Shown piece after piece: positions 28,934-37,286 of a stretch of 64,000 nt of DNA. The notes beneath the pieces are model-generated. The model did no database searches. It was given only the letters and a program-made list of their open reading frames with translations, and was not told where the DNA came from. The position numbers and the translations under genes are program-made. Source of the stretch: an uncultured Bacteroidales bacterium (GTDB lineage Bacteria; Bacteroidota; Bacteroidia; Bacteroidales; UBA7960); NCBI GenBank assembly GCA_964491395.1, contig CAZBGI010000005.1:4676-68675 (forward strand), read 5' to 3'. Every line of letters begins with the position of its first letter. Position 1 is the first letter of the stretch.

Positions 28934-29806
28934 TTACAACCCAATTTTGAAATAGGAACTGTAAAAGTCAATTCTGTCAAGAATTTCCGATACAAAAATT
29001 AAAACAAATCCCCAGAAGTATGTAGATGTAAGTAGGGAAGTCTGCGGTTTATTCAGTATACCCGATGTTCCTGTAATGGCAGCCAGGCCCATTAACAGTA
29101 GAAGCCAACGGCTTATTGTCAGAAAGGGGGAAAAAGATTGAGCTGCGAAACCAACATTTGCAAGGTTGTTGATTTCAGCACGGGCAAACAAGGTTGCTGC
29201 AATGACCATTAGCATTCCTGCCAGCATTAGGGCGCTGTAAATCAACAGGAGGGTTGCTGGTTTCTGCCGGATATTATCAGGGTTTCTTATTTTTGTATGT
29301 ACAGCCAGAAATCCTGCAGGCCCTGTCAGAAAAGCCGTGGCAAAAAAAGCCAGCATCGTGCCCGGATGGTTCCATGCCGGAACGGTCGGAATCATATAAA
29401 GGCGTCCCATGGAGTAAATAAGATAGAACCCGGTAATAACAACCAGAAGCATCAGGAAATTCTGCATCTGGACAGAAACAAGTTTATAACCTGAGGCTAC
29501 CACCAACAGGAAAAGCAGGAAAGCAAACAAGGAGGCCGTGAGGATTTCGCGGCTGAGCCATGACTCACCGAGGTTGCTCATGGCGTAAACCGATGAACTT
29601 GGTGCATTCAAATGCAAAAAAGAAATTACCAGGGCTCCCAGCATAGTTATAAATCCGGTAACACTACAGATAAAGGTGAGTTTATCCTTGTTGATGTTGC
29701 TATCGGTGGATAAAAACATTCTGAAAATAAACATACTCAACAGTAATCCTGCTGAAAACTGGCTGAGCAGGGTGAAAAAGACCAGAGACCATTCAGCGCT
29801 ATGCAT
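28934..29806 (-). CDS. dmsC: DMSO-reductase-family membrane anchor subunit
   Basis: 290 aa with ~8 TM segments. The N-terminus EWSLVFFTLLSQFSAGLLL matches the DmsC hallmark. Overlaps dmsB by 8 nt. Confidence 0.8.
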   Translation of the reverse strand: MHSAEWSLVFFTLLSQFSAGLLLSMFIFRMFLSTDSNINKDKLTFICSVTGFITMLGALVISFLHLNAPSSSVYAMSNLGESWLSREILTASLFAFLLFLLVVASGYKLVSVQMQNFLMLLVVITGFYLIYSMGRLYMIPTVPAWNHPGTMLAFFATAFLTGPAGFLAVHTKIRNPDNIRQKPATLLLIYSALMLAGMLMVIAATLFARAEINNLANVGFAAQSFSPFLTISRWLLLLMGLAAITGTSGILNKPQTSLLTSTYFWGFVLIFVSEILDRIDFYSSYFKIGL

Positions 29807-30416
29807 TTTTTACCTCCTCCTTGTTAATGATTTGCCATTTATTTGCCTGCGACACTGACGGATGGGGTTTGATAGCCAGTGCCGGACGAGTATATTTCTC
29901 GGGTGGCAAGGGATATACTTCGTTGTTGATTCCACCTTTTTGCTTCAGTTTTTCCAAAGGACCCGCTTCCAGCACCCGCATGGGGCAAGCGCTTACACAC
30001 GAAGGGAGTTTGCCTTCCTCTAAATAATCTGCGCAAAGGGTGCACTTGGTCATTTTGCCGGTTCTGTTGTCCAGATGCAGGGCACCATAAGGGCAGGCCC
30101 ACTTGCAGTATTCGCAACCCATACAGCGTTTTTCATCTATCAGCACCAATCCTTTGTCATTTTTATAAATGGCCTTGTTGGGGCAATTCTTCATACAGAT
30201 GGGGTCTTCGCAATGGTTGCATGACAAAGAGATATTGTAGGAATGCACTCCCGATTTCCAGTTGTGTCTTTTTTGTTCCCAGTTACCGCCTGCAATTTCA
30301 TAAACATTTCTCCAGCGCAAGCCCACCGGAAGGTCATGTTTGTCCTTGCAGGCTATCTGGCAGGTTTTGCAACCCGAGCATTGAGAAGAGTCAAAATAAA
30401 AGGCCCATTGTTCCAT
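29799..30416 (-). CDS. dmsB: DMSO-reductase-family 4Fe-4S electron-transfer subunit
   Basis: 205 aa. Four Cys clusters: CSGCKTCQIACK, CNHCEDPICMKNCP, CMGCEYCKWACP and CTLCADY...CVSACP. Confidence 0.9.
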   Translation of the reverse strand: MEQWAFYFDSSQCSGCKTCQIACKDKHDLPVGLRWRNVYEIAGGNWEQKRHNWKSGVHSYNISLSCNHCEDPICMKNCPNKAIYKNDKGLVLIDEKRCMGCEYCKWACPYGALHLDNRTGKMTKCTLCADYLEEGKLPSCVSACPMRVLEAGPLEKLKQKGGINNEVYPLPPEKYTRPALAIKPHPSVSQANKWQIINKEEVKNA

Positions 30417-30477
30417 AATATTGTATGATCAGATTTTTTTCATCTTTTTTTAATTGTTCTGAGTTGGTTTATCCATC

Positions 30478-32901
30478 TCAGGCTTTTTCTACTTCTACCA
30501 TGATGGTATGCTGTGCATTGCCAAAGGCAAGCGGAGTCCACCGGTGCGAAGTAAGCACATTGATATTGCCACGCCGGTCGATACCGTTTTTGTCGGGTTT
30601 CCACCAGGCTCCCTGGGGGATATTCACCACTCCGGGCATGATCTTGGGTGTTACACGACAGGGGATCAATATTTTGCCCCTGTCATTGTAAACCAATATT
30701 TCATCTCCGTCTTTGATACTCCTTTTTTTTGCATCCACAGGATTGATAAAAACCCTTTGCGGAAAGGCTTCTTCCAGCCAGTCAATACCATCGTGTGTAG
30801 AATGTACCCTGGCCATATAATGATGGCCCAGTGCCTGCAACGGATACTTCCTGGCTTCTTCCCCGAAAGGACTTTCCCACTCCTGGATGTATTTGGGTAC
30901 GGCCGGAATGGTACTGGGTTTGCCCATGTCGAAAAGGGTTTTGGAAAAAATCTCGATCTTACCACTGGGTGTATTGAGCGGGTTAGATAAAGGATCCTTG
31001 CGGAAACCGGCAAAGGCTACTGCCGGATTTGTCACGGGTTTGCTGTACACACCGGTGTTATCCTCTATCATCGTGTCCAAATCCTTCACTTCAGGGAAGC
31101 GGCTGTTTTTATACCTTCCTACAGCCCATTCAATCCAATCTCTTTCGCTGCGGTTTTGGGTAAATTCTTCTCTTATCCCAAATCTTTCGGCAAGTTCTGT
31201 ACAAATCTGGTAATCGCTTTTGGTTTCGTAGGGCGGTTCGCTGATTCGGGGTCCGAGAATCATCTCATCACCATACTTCCATCCGTCCTGCAATCCCCAG
31301 GTTTCCAGCTGGGTGCATACGGGAAGAAGCAGGTCGGCAAATTTTGCTGTAGGGGTCATAAACTGGTCCTGCACAGCAATGAATTCTACCCGTGAAGTAT
31401 CTTTCAGGATTTTGGCTGACCGGTTGGTGTCGGCATGCTGGTTGATCAGAATGTTGGAAGCAACGTTCCAGATGAGTTTGATATTGCTGTCCAGCTTATC
31501 AACACCACGTAATCCTTCCTCAGGCCCCATTTCAGTGCCTCTCAAAATGGCTTCTGTCCAGAGAAAAACCGGGATGCTGGCCTTTACCGGATTTCTTCCT
31601 GTAGGAAATACATTCCAGAAGGGACCGCCATCATTGGCCTGCAGGGCCAGTCCGCCTGCCCAGCCGCCGGGTATGCCTACGTTTCCTGTAATGGCAGGTA
31701 AAACACAACCGGCAATTACCACTTGTTCTCCATAGGCCCGTCGCTGCATACCATAGCCCTGGTATAGGACCGAAGGCTTTTGGGTAGCATATTCCCGGGC
31801 AATACGCCGAATGGTTGCAGCTTCCACGCTGGTGATTTCTTCTGCCCACTCCGGAGTTTTGGCAATGCCATCCCTTGTGCCAAGTATGTAATCAAGGTAG
31901 CTCTCTTCATTTTGACAGCCTTCCGGCATCTGCGACGGGTCGAAACCTACAGTATATTTCCTGATAAACTCTTTGTCGTGAAGGTTTTCGTTGATGATGG
32001 TGTAAGCCATAGCACTCATCATGGCCACGTCGGTGCCAGGCCGGATGGGTATCCATTCATCGGCCAGGGCAACTGCGCTCATGCTCATTCTGGGGTCAAT
32101 GCAAACTACTTTCGCTCCGTTTTCCCTGGCTTTTTTGATGAAAAACTCGCTGTTGGTACCATCGCGCATTTCTGCCGGGTTCCAGCCCCACATGATAATG
32201 TATTTACTGTTTACCCAGTCTTGTCGTTGATTGCCTGTTACCGAAGTTCCATAAACATAAGGGGTAGCCTTTGAAATACAAGCCCAGCTATAGCTGTTAT
32301 AATAACCCAGCGAACCACCCATAAGGTTCATCAGCCGGGCTGCTGTCTGTCGTCCGTTGATCTGGTTGTAGCTTCCTGTACCATAGGGAACCAGAATGGA
32401 GCTGTTACCATATTTTTCTTTTGCTTTCGAAATTTCTGAGGCAAGCATATCCAACGCTTCATGCCAGGAGATACGTTCAAATTTTCCTTCACCGCGTTCA
32501 CCTGTTCTTTTCATGGGGTACTTGAGCCGGTCGGGATGGTATTGCCTGCGGCGGTATGATCTGCCACGAATACACGCCCGCAACTGAGGGTCCTCCAGCG
32601 TATCGGTAGGGCGGTCGTCTGTTTCTACGCGGGTTATCATGCCATCTCTCACATGGAGCTTCAACAGGCACCGGCCCCCGCAGTTATGTCCGGGGCAGGC
32701 GGCTCTGATGATCAGGGTATCCCCGTTTACCTCCACAATTTCTGCCAGTGATTCTTCCTGTTTGCCCAGGCAACCCGGTAAAATGCCTGAAAGAATCACT
32801 CCTCCGCCCAGAAGCGTACTGAGTTTGATAAATCCTCTTCGATCAATTGCAGCAGTTAAAGGAACCGGTTGTAAAGGGGCTTTTGCGTTTTCGTTGTTCA
32901 T
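30478..32901 (-). CDS. dmsA: Molybdopterin-guanine-dinucleotide oxidoreductase catalytic subunit, DmsA family (substrate not assignable)
   Basis: 807 aa. Twin-arginine signal AIDRRGFIKLSTLLGGG, then LPGCLG. N-terminal FeS motif CPGHNCGGRCLLKLHV. The size and C-terminal barrel domain are typical. Confidence 0.88.
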   Translation of the reverse strand: MNNENAKAPLQPVPLTAAIDRRGFIKLSTLLGGGVILSGILPGCLGKQEESLAEIVEVNGDTLIIRAACPGHNCGGRCLLKLHVRDGMITRVETDDRPTDTLEDPQLRACIRGRSYRRRQYHPDRLKYPMKRTGERGEGKFERISWHEALDMLASEISKAKEKYGNSSILVPYGTGSYNQINGRQTAARLMNLMGGSLGYYNSYSWACISKATPYVYGTSVTGNQRQDWVNSKYIIMWGWNPAEMRDGTNSEFFIKKARENGAKVVCIDPRMSMSAVALADEWIPIRPGTDVAMMSAMAYTIINENLHDKEFIRKYTVGFDPSQMPEGCQNEESYLDYILGTRDGIAKTPEWAEEITSVEAATIRRIAREYATQKPSVLYQGYGMQRRAYGEQVVIAGCVLPAITGNVGIPGGWAGGLALQANDGGPFWNVFPTGRNPVKASIPVFLWTEAILRGTEMGPEEGLRGVDKLDSNIKLIWNVASNILINQHADTNRSAKILKDTSRVEFIAVQDQFMTPTAKFADLLLPVCTQLETWGLQDGWKYGDEMILGPRISEPPYETKSDYQICTELAERFGIREEFTQNRSERDWIEWAVGRYKNSRFPEVKDLDTMIEDNTGVYSKPVTNPAVAFAGFRKDPLSNPLNTPSGKIEIFSKTLFDMGKPSTIPAVPKYIQEWESPFGEEARKYPLQALGHHYMARVHSTHDGIDWLEEAFPQRVFINPVDAKKRSIKDGDEILVYNDRGKILIPCRVTPKIMPGVVNIPQGAWWKPDKNGIDRRGNINVLTSHRWTPLAFGNAQHTIMVEVEKA

Positions 32902-33017
32902 GTATGATAGGCTTATGCATATTATGGTCCTAAATTATAAAAAAATAGGGCGATTCCCCCGTATTAAATAGGTTTATCGCCTTATTTATAGGTAGATTGA
33001 TTCCAAATAAGAATCCC

Positions 33018-33716
33018 TTATTGCTTCTTTCCGCTAACAGCAGCAACCGCCAGAAAAACCCCCAGCATGATACCCAAAAAGGCTGCAAATAACACCCTGT
33101 ATTCTGCAGGAAGCAAAAAAGTAATGGTATGGGCCGGTATCCAGAAGAAGGGAATGGTCTTTTTGAAAACAAAGTTCCATTGTACTTTCCAGTTGATATC
33201 GGTCATGATTTGCCCCATGTTGATAGGTTTCAGAAGAGCTGAAGTTTGCCCCTGATGCTTTTCAATATGGGTGTCGGTGATTTTGTGCAAAGTCATCATT
33301 ACCGGCGCATAAATCAGGTTCATAGTTGCACTGATAGTAAAAGCCACCAGTACTTTGCCCGCACTAAGTGTATTGCCGGCAAAGGTTTCACCAGCGTTTT
33401 CTATTCCCAGATACACCAGGAACAACGGAGCGCCGGTAGAAAAAATAATGAAAGCCATCTGGATGGTCAATCCCAGGATACCCCAAACAATGGCGCGGGG
33501 GAGGATTCCGAATCCTTTTTGGTTGTAATTTCCGGTCTTGATTCTCAAACCTATCACTTCACCGGTAGTTGCCAGCACCGCAAACTTGATGAAACTCATG
33601 ATCATGCCATGCTCATAGTTGAAGCTTAGGTAGGCATCTTTTACTGCATCGAAGATGAAAAAGGGGAGCAGCAATGCTACTGCCGCCAGTATAAAATACA
33701 AGTCTTTCGTTTTCAT
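33018..33716 (-). CDS. Hypothetical multi-pass membrane protein
   Basis: 232 aa with ~6 TM segments. No family recognised; there is only a weak Mpv17/PMP22-like C-terminal pattern (FWIPAHTITFLLPAEYRVLF). Confidence 0.5.
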   Translation of the reverse strand: MKTKDLYFILAAVALLLPFFIFDAVKDAYLSFNYEHGMIMSFIKFAVLATTGEVIGLRIKTGNYNQKGFGILPRAIVWGILGLTIQMAFIIFSTGAPLFLVYLGIENAGETFAGNTLSAGKVLVAFTISATMNLIYAPVMMTLHKITDTHIEKHQGQTSALLKPINMGQIMTDINWKVQWNFVFKKTIPFFWIPAHTITFLLPAEYRVLFAAFLGIMLGVFLAVAAVSGKKQ

Positions 33717-33729
33717 ATTGTAAAATATT

Positions 33730-35790
33730 CTATTCCTTTACAATATTAATTCTTGCATCTACTGCCACTACTTTATCTTTGGATCCCAGCAGCGGATTAA
33801 GGTCCATTTCGAAGATTTCAGGTGCTTCATTCAGCAGTGCCGAAAGATGTACCAATGCATCAGCAAAAAGCGCTTCATTTACTCCTTCCTGACCACGTAC
33901 TCCCTGGATGATTTTGTAACTTTTCAAACTGCGAATCATGGCCAAAGCTTCTTCTTTGTTCACCGGCGCCATAGCAGTATTCACGTCCTTAAGCACTTCT
34001 ATAAAAATGCCTCCCATTCCGCAAAGAATCATGTGCCCGAATTTCTCCTCATGCTTGGCACCCACAAATAGTTCCATGCCTGAAAGCATGGGTTGCAGCA
34101 ATATGGCTGTGGTATCCTTGATTTTTATCATTCTTTCAAACTCCCTGCGCAACTGCTGCTCATCTTTTACATCGAGCACCACACCCCCCACGTCAGATTT
34201 ATGCACCGGACCTACAACTTTCATTACTACCGGGTAACCCAGTTTTGAAGCGGCCTTTACAGCATTATCGGCAGTGTCTTCCACAGCTTCACCCGCGCGG
34301 GCTATGCCAGCAGCATCAAGCAGTTGCTGTACCTTTTCGGGAGGCAGGTATCCTTCAGGGCTGTTGTCAATGATTTCCCTGATTTTTTTCCTGTCCACCT
34401 CTGGCATTGTTACCTTTTCCGGTGAGGGTGGGGGCGTATGGTAAACCCTTGCCAAGGCATTGCCCAAGGTTACTTCGTCGGGAAAGTTGATTCTTCCTTT
34501 GGAGATGAAATCGGCTACTTCTTCACGTGCTGTGAGGGTAGAAGGAAGAACCGGGTAGATGGGCTTTTGGCATTGCTTCATTTTCAGATCGAGCATGTCA
34601 TATACATTAAAGACCGGGAATAATCCGGGGGTACCAAAAATGACCACCATGGCATCGATGGTATCGAATTTTTGATCTACATAATCGATGATGGTACCCA
34701 GCTGTTCCGCAGTGCCGGTAGCCAGGAAATCGATGGGATTGGCCACTGAGGAACCAGGGAAGAGGTGGGTGAGCAACTCCTGGCTTTCGGGGGTGTCAAT
34801 GTGGGGTACTGTCAGTCCACCGTTGGACAGCGCATCTGTGAGCATTACCGCGGGACCTCCCGCATGAGTAATTACGGCGATGTTTTTTCCTTTCAGTTCG
34901 GGATACATAAATACCGATGCCACGCTGATAAGGTCTTCACGACCATAGCAACGTACAATACCCGCCTTGCGGAACAGCGCATCTACAGCAACATCAGAAC
35001 TGGCCAATGCTCCCGTATGGGAAGAGGCTGCACGGCTTCCTGCATCAGAACTTCCTGCTTTTACTGCGGCAATTCTGCACCCTTTGCGGATGAGTGAAGC
35101 TGCATGCCTGAGCAACATCTGGGGTTTGTTGATGGTTTCGATATACAATAGCTTTACCCGGGAACTTTTTTCAGGGTCAAAGGTTTCGTCCAGGTGTTTA
35201 AGAATTTCTTCCACCCCCATCTGGGCGCTGTTTCCCACCGAGAAAACATTGGAAAAAGTAAGTCCCTTGGGGATGCCTGCTTCCATGATAAAACAAGCCG
35301 TGGCACCCGATCCGGAAATAAAATCACATCCTGTGCCCTCCAGTTTAGGTATGGGATAAGTAAAGATGCTATGATGAGTGGGGGTGAGTATACCCACGCA
35401 GTTGGGACCAATGAGTGAGCCGCCCACGCTGTTGATAATGTCCACTATTTCCTTTTCCAGTCTGGCACCTTCTTCGCTTTCCTCACTAAATCCGGCAGAT
35501 AAAACTATAAATGCCCGTGTATTTTTTTGATGAGCCAGAATTTTAACCGTATCAGGTACAAACCGGGCTGCAATGGCGATGATGGCCAAATCCACACTGG
35601 GAAGGTCTGCAGGGTCAGCGTAACTCTTGATGCCTTGTACTTCACTTTCTTTCAGATTGGTGACATATAAATCGCCGACAAAATTTCCGTCAATAAGGTT
35701 TTTTAATACTTTTCCTCCGGGTTTGGTTATATCATTGGAGCCTCCTACGACTACGATGCTTTTAGGGTTTATCAATTGTTCGGTAATCAT
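33730..35790 (-). CDS. ADP-forming acetyl-CoA synthetase (acetate--CoA ligase, fused alpha/beta; NDP-forming acyl-CoA synthetase family)
   Basis: 686 aa. N-terminal CoA-binding domain (PKSIVVVGGSND), succinyl-CoA-ligase-like middle with a phosphohistidine segment (AASSHTGALA), and a C-terminal ATP-grasp domain. Confidence 0.82.
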   Translation of the reverse strand: MITEQLINPKSIVVVGGSNDITKPGGKVLKNLIDGNFVGDLYVTNLKESEVQGIKSYADPADLPSVDLAIIAIAARFVPDTVKILAHQKNTRAFIVLSAGFSEESEEGARLEKEIVDIINSVGGSLIGPNCVGILTPTHHSIFTYPIPKLEGTGCDFISGSGATACFIMEAGIPKGLTFSNVFSVGNSAQMGVEEILKHLDETFDPEKSSRVKLLYIETINKPQMLLRHAASLIRKGCRIAAVKAGSSDAGSRAASSHTGALASSDVAVDALFRKAGIVRCYGREDLISVASVFMYPELKGKNIAVITHAGGPAVMLTDALSNGGLTVPHIDTPESQELLTHLFPGSSVANPIDFLATGTAEQLGTIIDYVDQKFDTIDAMVVIFGTPGLFPVFNVYDMLDLKMKQCQKPIYPVLPSTLTAREEVADFISKGRINFPDEVTLGNALARVYHTPPPSPEKVTMPEVDRKKIREIIDNSPEGYLPPEKVQQLLDAAGIARAGEAVEDTADNAVKAASKLGYPVVMKVVGPVHKSDVGGVVLDVKDEQQLRREFERMIKIKDTTAILLQPMLSGMELFVGAKHEEKFGHMILCGMGGIFIEVLKDVNTAMAPVNKEEALAMIRSLKSYKIIQGVRGQEGVNEALFADALVHLSALLNEAPEIFEMDLNPLLGSKDKVVAVDARINIVKE

Positions 35791-35937
35791 ACGATAAGGG
35801 TTTTATGTTTTGATAAATATGCTTTTATTTTCGGCGGCTAAAGTAACAAAAATTAAGAAGGTAGATGCCAGAAATCGATCTGGAAACAAGACTGATTTGA
35901 AAACAAAAGATGGCTCCAAAATAAAAATTCAAGAAAA

Positions 35938-35973
35938 AACTAAACAATTAGTTGGCAAACTAAAAAATTAGTT
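35938..35973 (+). promoter_or_regulatory. Two tandem 16-bp palindromes AACTAA-N4-TTAGTT, 20-bp period (operator-like)
   Basis: AACTAAacaaTTAGTT at 35938-35953 and AACTAAaaaaTTAGTT at 35958-35973. They abut the -7 box and cover the expected -33 region. Confidence 0.4.
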
Positions 35974-35974
35974 T

Positions 35975-35982
35975 TAAATTTG
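35975..35982 (+). promoter_or_regulatory. -7 promoter box TAAATTTG
   Basis: Lies 42 nt upstream of the FISUMP lipoprotein ATG at 36024. Confidence 0.5.
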
Positions 35983-36023
35983 TTTTGTTATTCTTTAGTC
36001 ATCAAACCCAAAAACTATTCAAC

Positions 36024-36836
36024 ATGAAAAATTTAAAGCTTCCTTCAAAGTATTTTCTTTTTACGCTGGCTTTCGGGGTTTTGTTTTCCTGCTCTGAAAT
36101 GGTACAGGATGACAGCGTTGCAAGGCTGCAATATGCTGAAAAAATAAAAGACCATGACAATAATGAATACGCAACCCTTACAATCGGGGAGCAAACCTGG
36201 ATGGCAGAAAATTTACAGGTAACCCGTTTTCGCAACGGTGATTCCATTATGCAGGTTACCAGCAATTATGAATGGTTTGAGGCAGGTGAGCAGCAAATCC
36301 CTGCATGGCGGTATTACAGAGATGATGCTTCTACAGTTGAAAAATATGGTATACTTTATAACGGATATGCACTGAGGGATCCCAGGGGGCTGGCACCCGA
36401 GGGATGGAAGATTCCGGGCCTGGATGACTGGCAAATCCTTATGGATAATATTGCAGGAGGAGAAGCTGAACCGTGGCCCAGGTCAACCTCTTTTATGGAA
36501 AATGAAGATGGAGAGGAAATCGAAGTAAAACTCAGTATAGGATGGAGAGATTTCGCTCCGGTTTTAATGGGAAGACAGTCGAATCCTTCCGCCGTTGGGA
36601 GCGAGGCAGTATTTAAAACTCAATTCGCGGGACAGATAGATCGGTATGGAAATTTTTACGGTGCAGATGAAAGTGCGCACTGGTGGGTTTTTCCTGTTGA
36701 TTTTCCGGCGTTTTTTAAGGGAAAAGAATCTTTTACTGAAATGGGGAAAATTTATGTAAAAAATGGCAGGAATCATGTAATAGCAGCTCCCGGATCTGCC
36801 CAAAAGGGATTTTCGGTACGCTTTGTTAAAGAATGA
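36024..36836 (+). CDS. FISUMP-domain lipoprotein (Fibrobacter succinogenes major paralogous domain)
   Basis: The ORF track starts at 35985. I prefer the ATG at 36024, which gives the lipoprotein signal MKNLKLPSKYFLFTLAFGVLFSC. Motifs: TIGEQTWMAENLQVTRFRNGDSI, YGILYN, APEGWKIPGLDDW. Confidence 0.8.
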   Translation: MKNLKLPSKYFLFTLAFGVLFSCSEMVQDDSVARLQYAEKIKDHDNNEYATLTIGEQTWMAENLQVTRFRNGDSIMQVTSNYEWFEAGEQQIPAWRYYRDDASTVEKYGILYNGYALRDPRGLAPEGWKIPGLDDWQILMDNIAGGEAEPWPRSTSFMENEDGEEIEVKLSIGWRDFAPVLMGRQSNPSAVGSEAVFKTQFAGQIDRYGNFYGADESAHWWVFPVDFPAFFKGKESFTEMGKIYVKNGRNHVIAAPGSAQKGFSVRFVKE

Positions 36837-36846
36837 TATTGAAGAT

Positions 36847-36858
36847 TATGCAAGCATA
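36847..36858 (+). promoter_or_regulatory. Palindrome TATGCaaGCATA upstream of blaI-like gene (candidate autoregulatory operator)
   Basis: The 5+5 inverted repeat ends 18 nt before the BlaI-family start codon. The operator role is an inference. Confidence 0.25.
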
Positions 36859-36875
36859 GCAATATAAAACTATCT

Positions 36876-37253
36876 ATGAAAGAACTGACTAAAGCTGAAG
36901 AACAGATTATGCAGGTATTGTGGGATCTGAAAAAAGGTTTTGTGAAGGACATCATTGAACAACTTCCCGAGCCCCGGCCTGCTTACACTACGGTAAGTAC
37001 AATTGTGCGAATTCTTGAGAAGAAAGGTTTTGTGGCTTACAACGCGTATGGCAAAACCCATGAGTATTATCCGCTGGTTCAAAAGAAAGACTATACCCGC
37101 CAGGTGTTTAAGGGGATGCTTAATGGTTATTTTGGCAACTCCATTCGGCAAATGGTATCCTTCTTTTCCCGCGAAAAGGATCTTTCTGTTTCGGAGCTGG
37201 AAGAACTCAAGAGCATTATTGATGAGGAAATCCGCAAGCAAAAAGAAAAATAA
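36876..37253 (+). CDS. BlaI/MecI/CopY-family transcriptional repressor
   Basis: 125 aa. LTKAEEQIMQVLWDLKKGFVKDIIEQL...AYTTVSTIVRILEKKGFV (penicillinase-repressor winged helix). Confidence 0.88.
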   Translation: MKELTKAEEQIMQVLWDLKKGFVKDIIEQLPEPRPAYTTVSTIVRILEKKGFVAYNAYGKTHEYYPLVQKKDYTRQVFKGMLNGYFGNSIRQMVSFFSREKDLSVSELEELKSIIDEEIRKQKEK

Positions 37254-37286
37254 TCTACTAAATACCCAAAATTAAATCACCTGCAT

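Noticed and set aside
30508-32274. Several 100-165-aa plus-strand ORFs (30508..30990, 31313..31735, 31780..32274)
   Set aside because: All are antisense within dmsA, whose frame is supported by the Tat signal, the FeS motif and its full length.
32902-33017. Possible Moco riboswitch upstream of dmsA
   Set aside because: The region is only ~116 nt and shows one loose hairpin plus a T-run (GGCGAT...ATCGCC), which is more consistent with a terminator of the upstream gene. I could see none of the multi-stem Moco-motif architecture.
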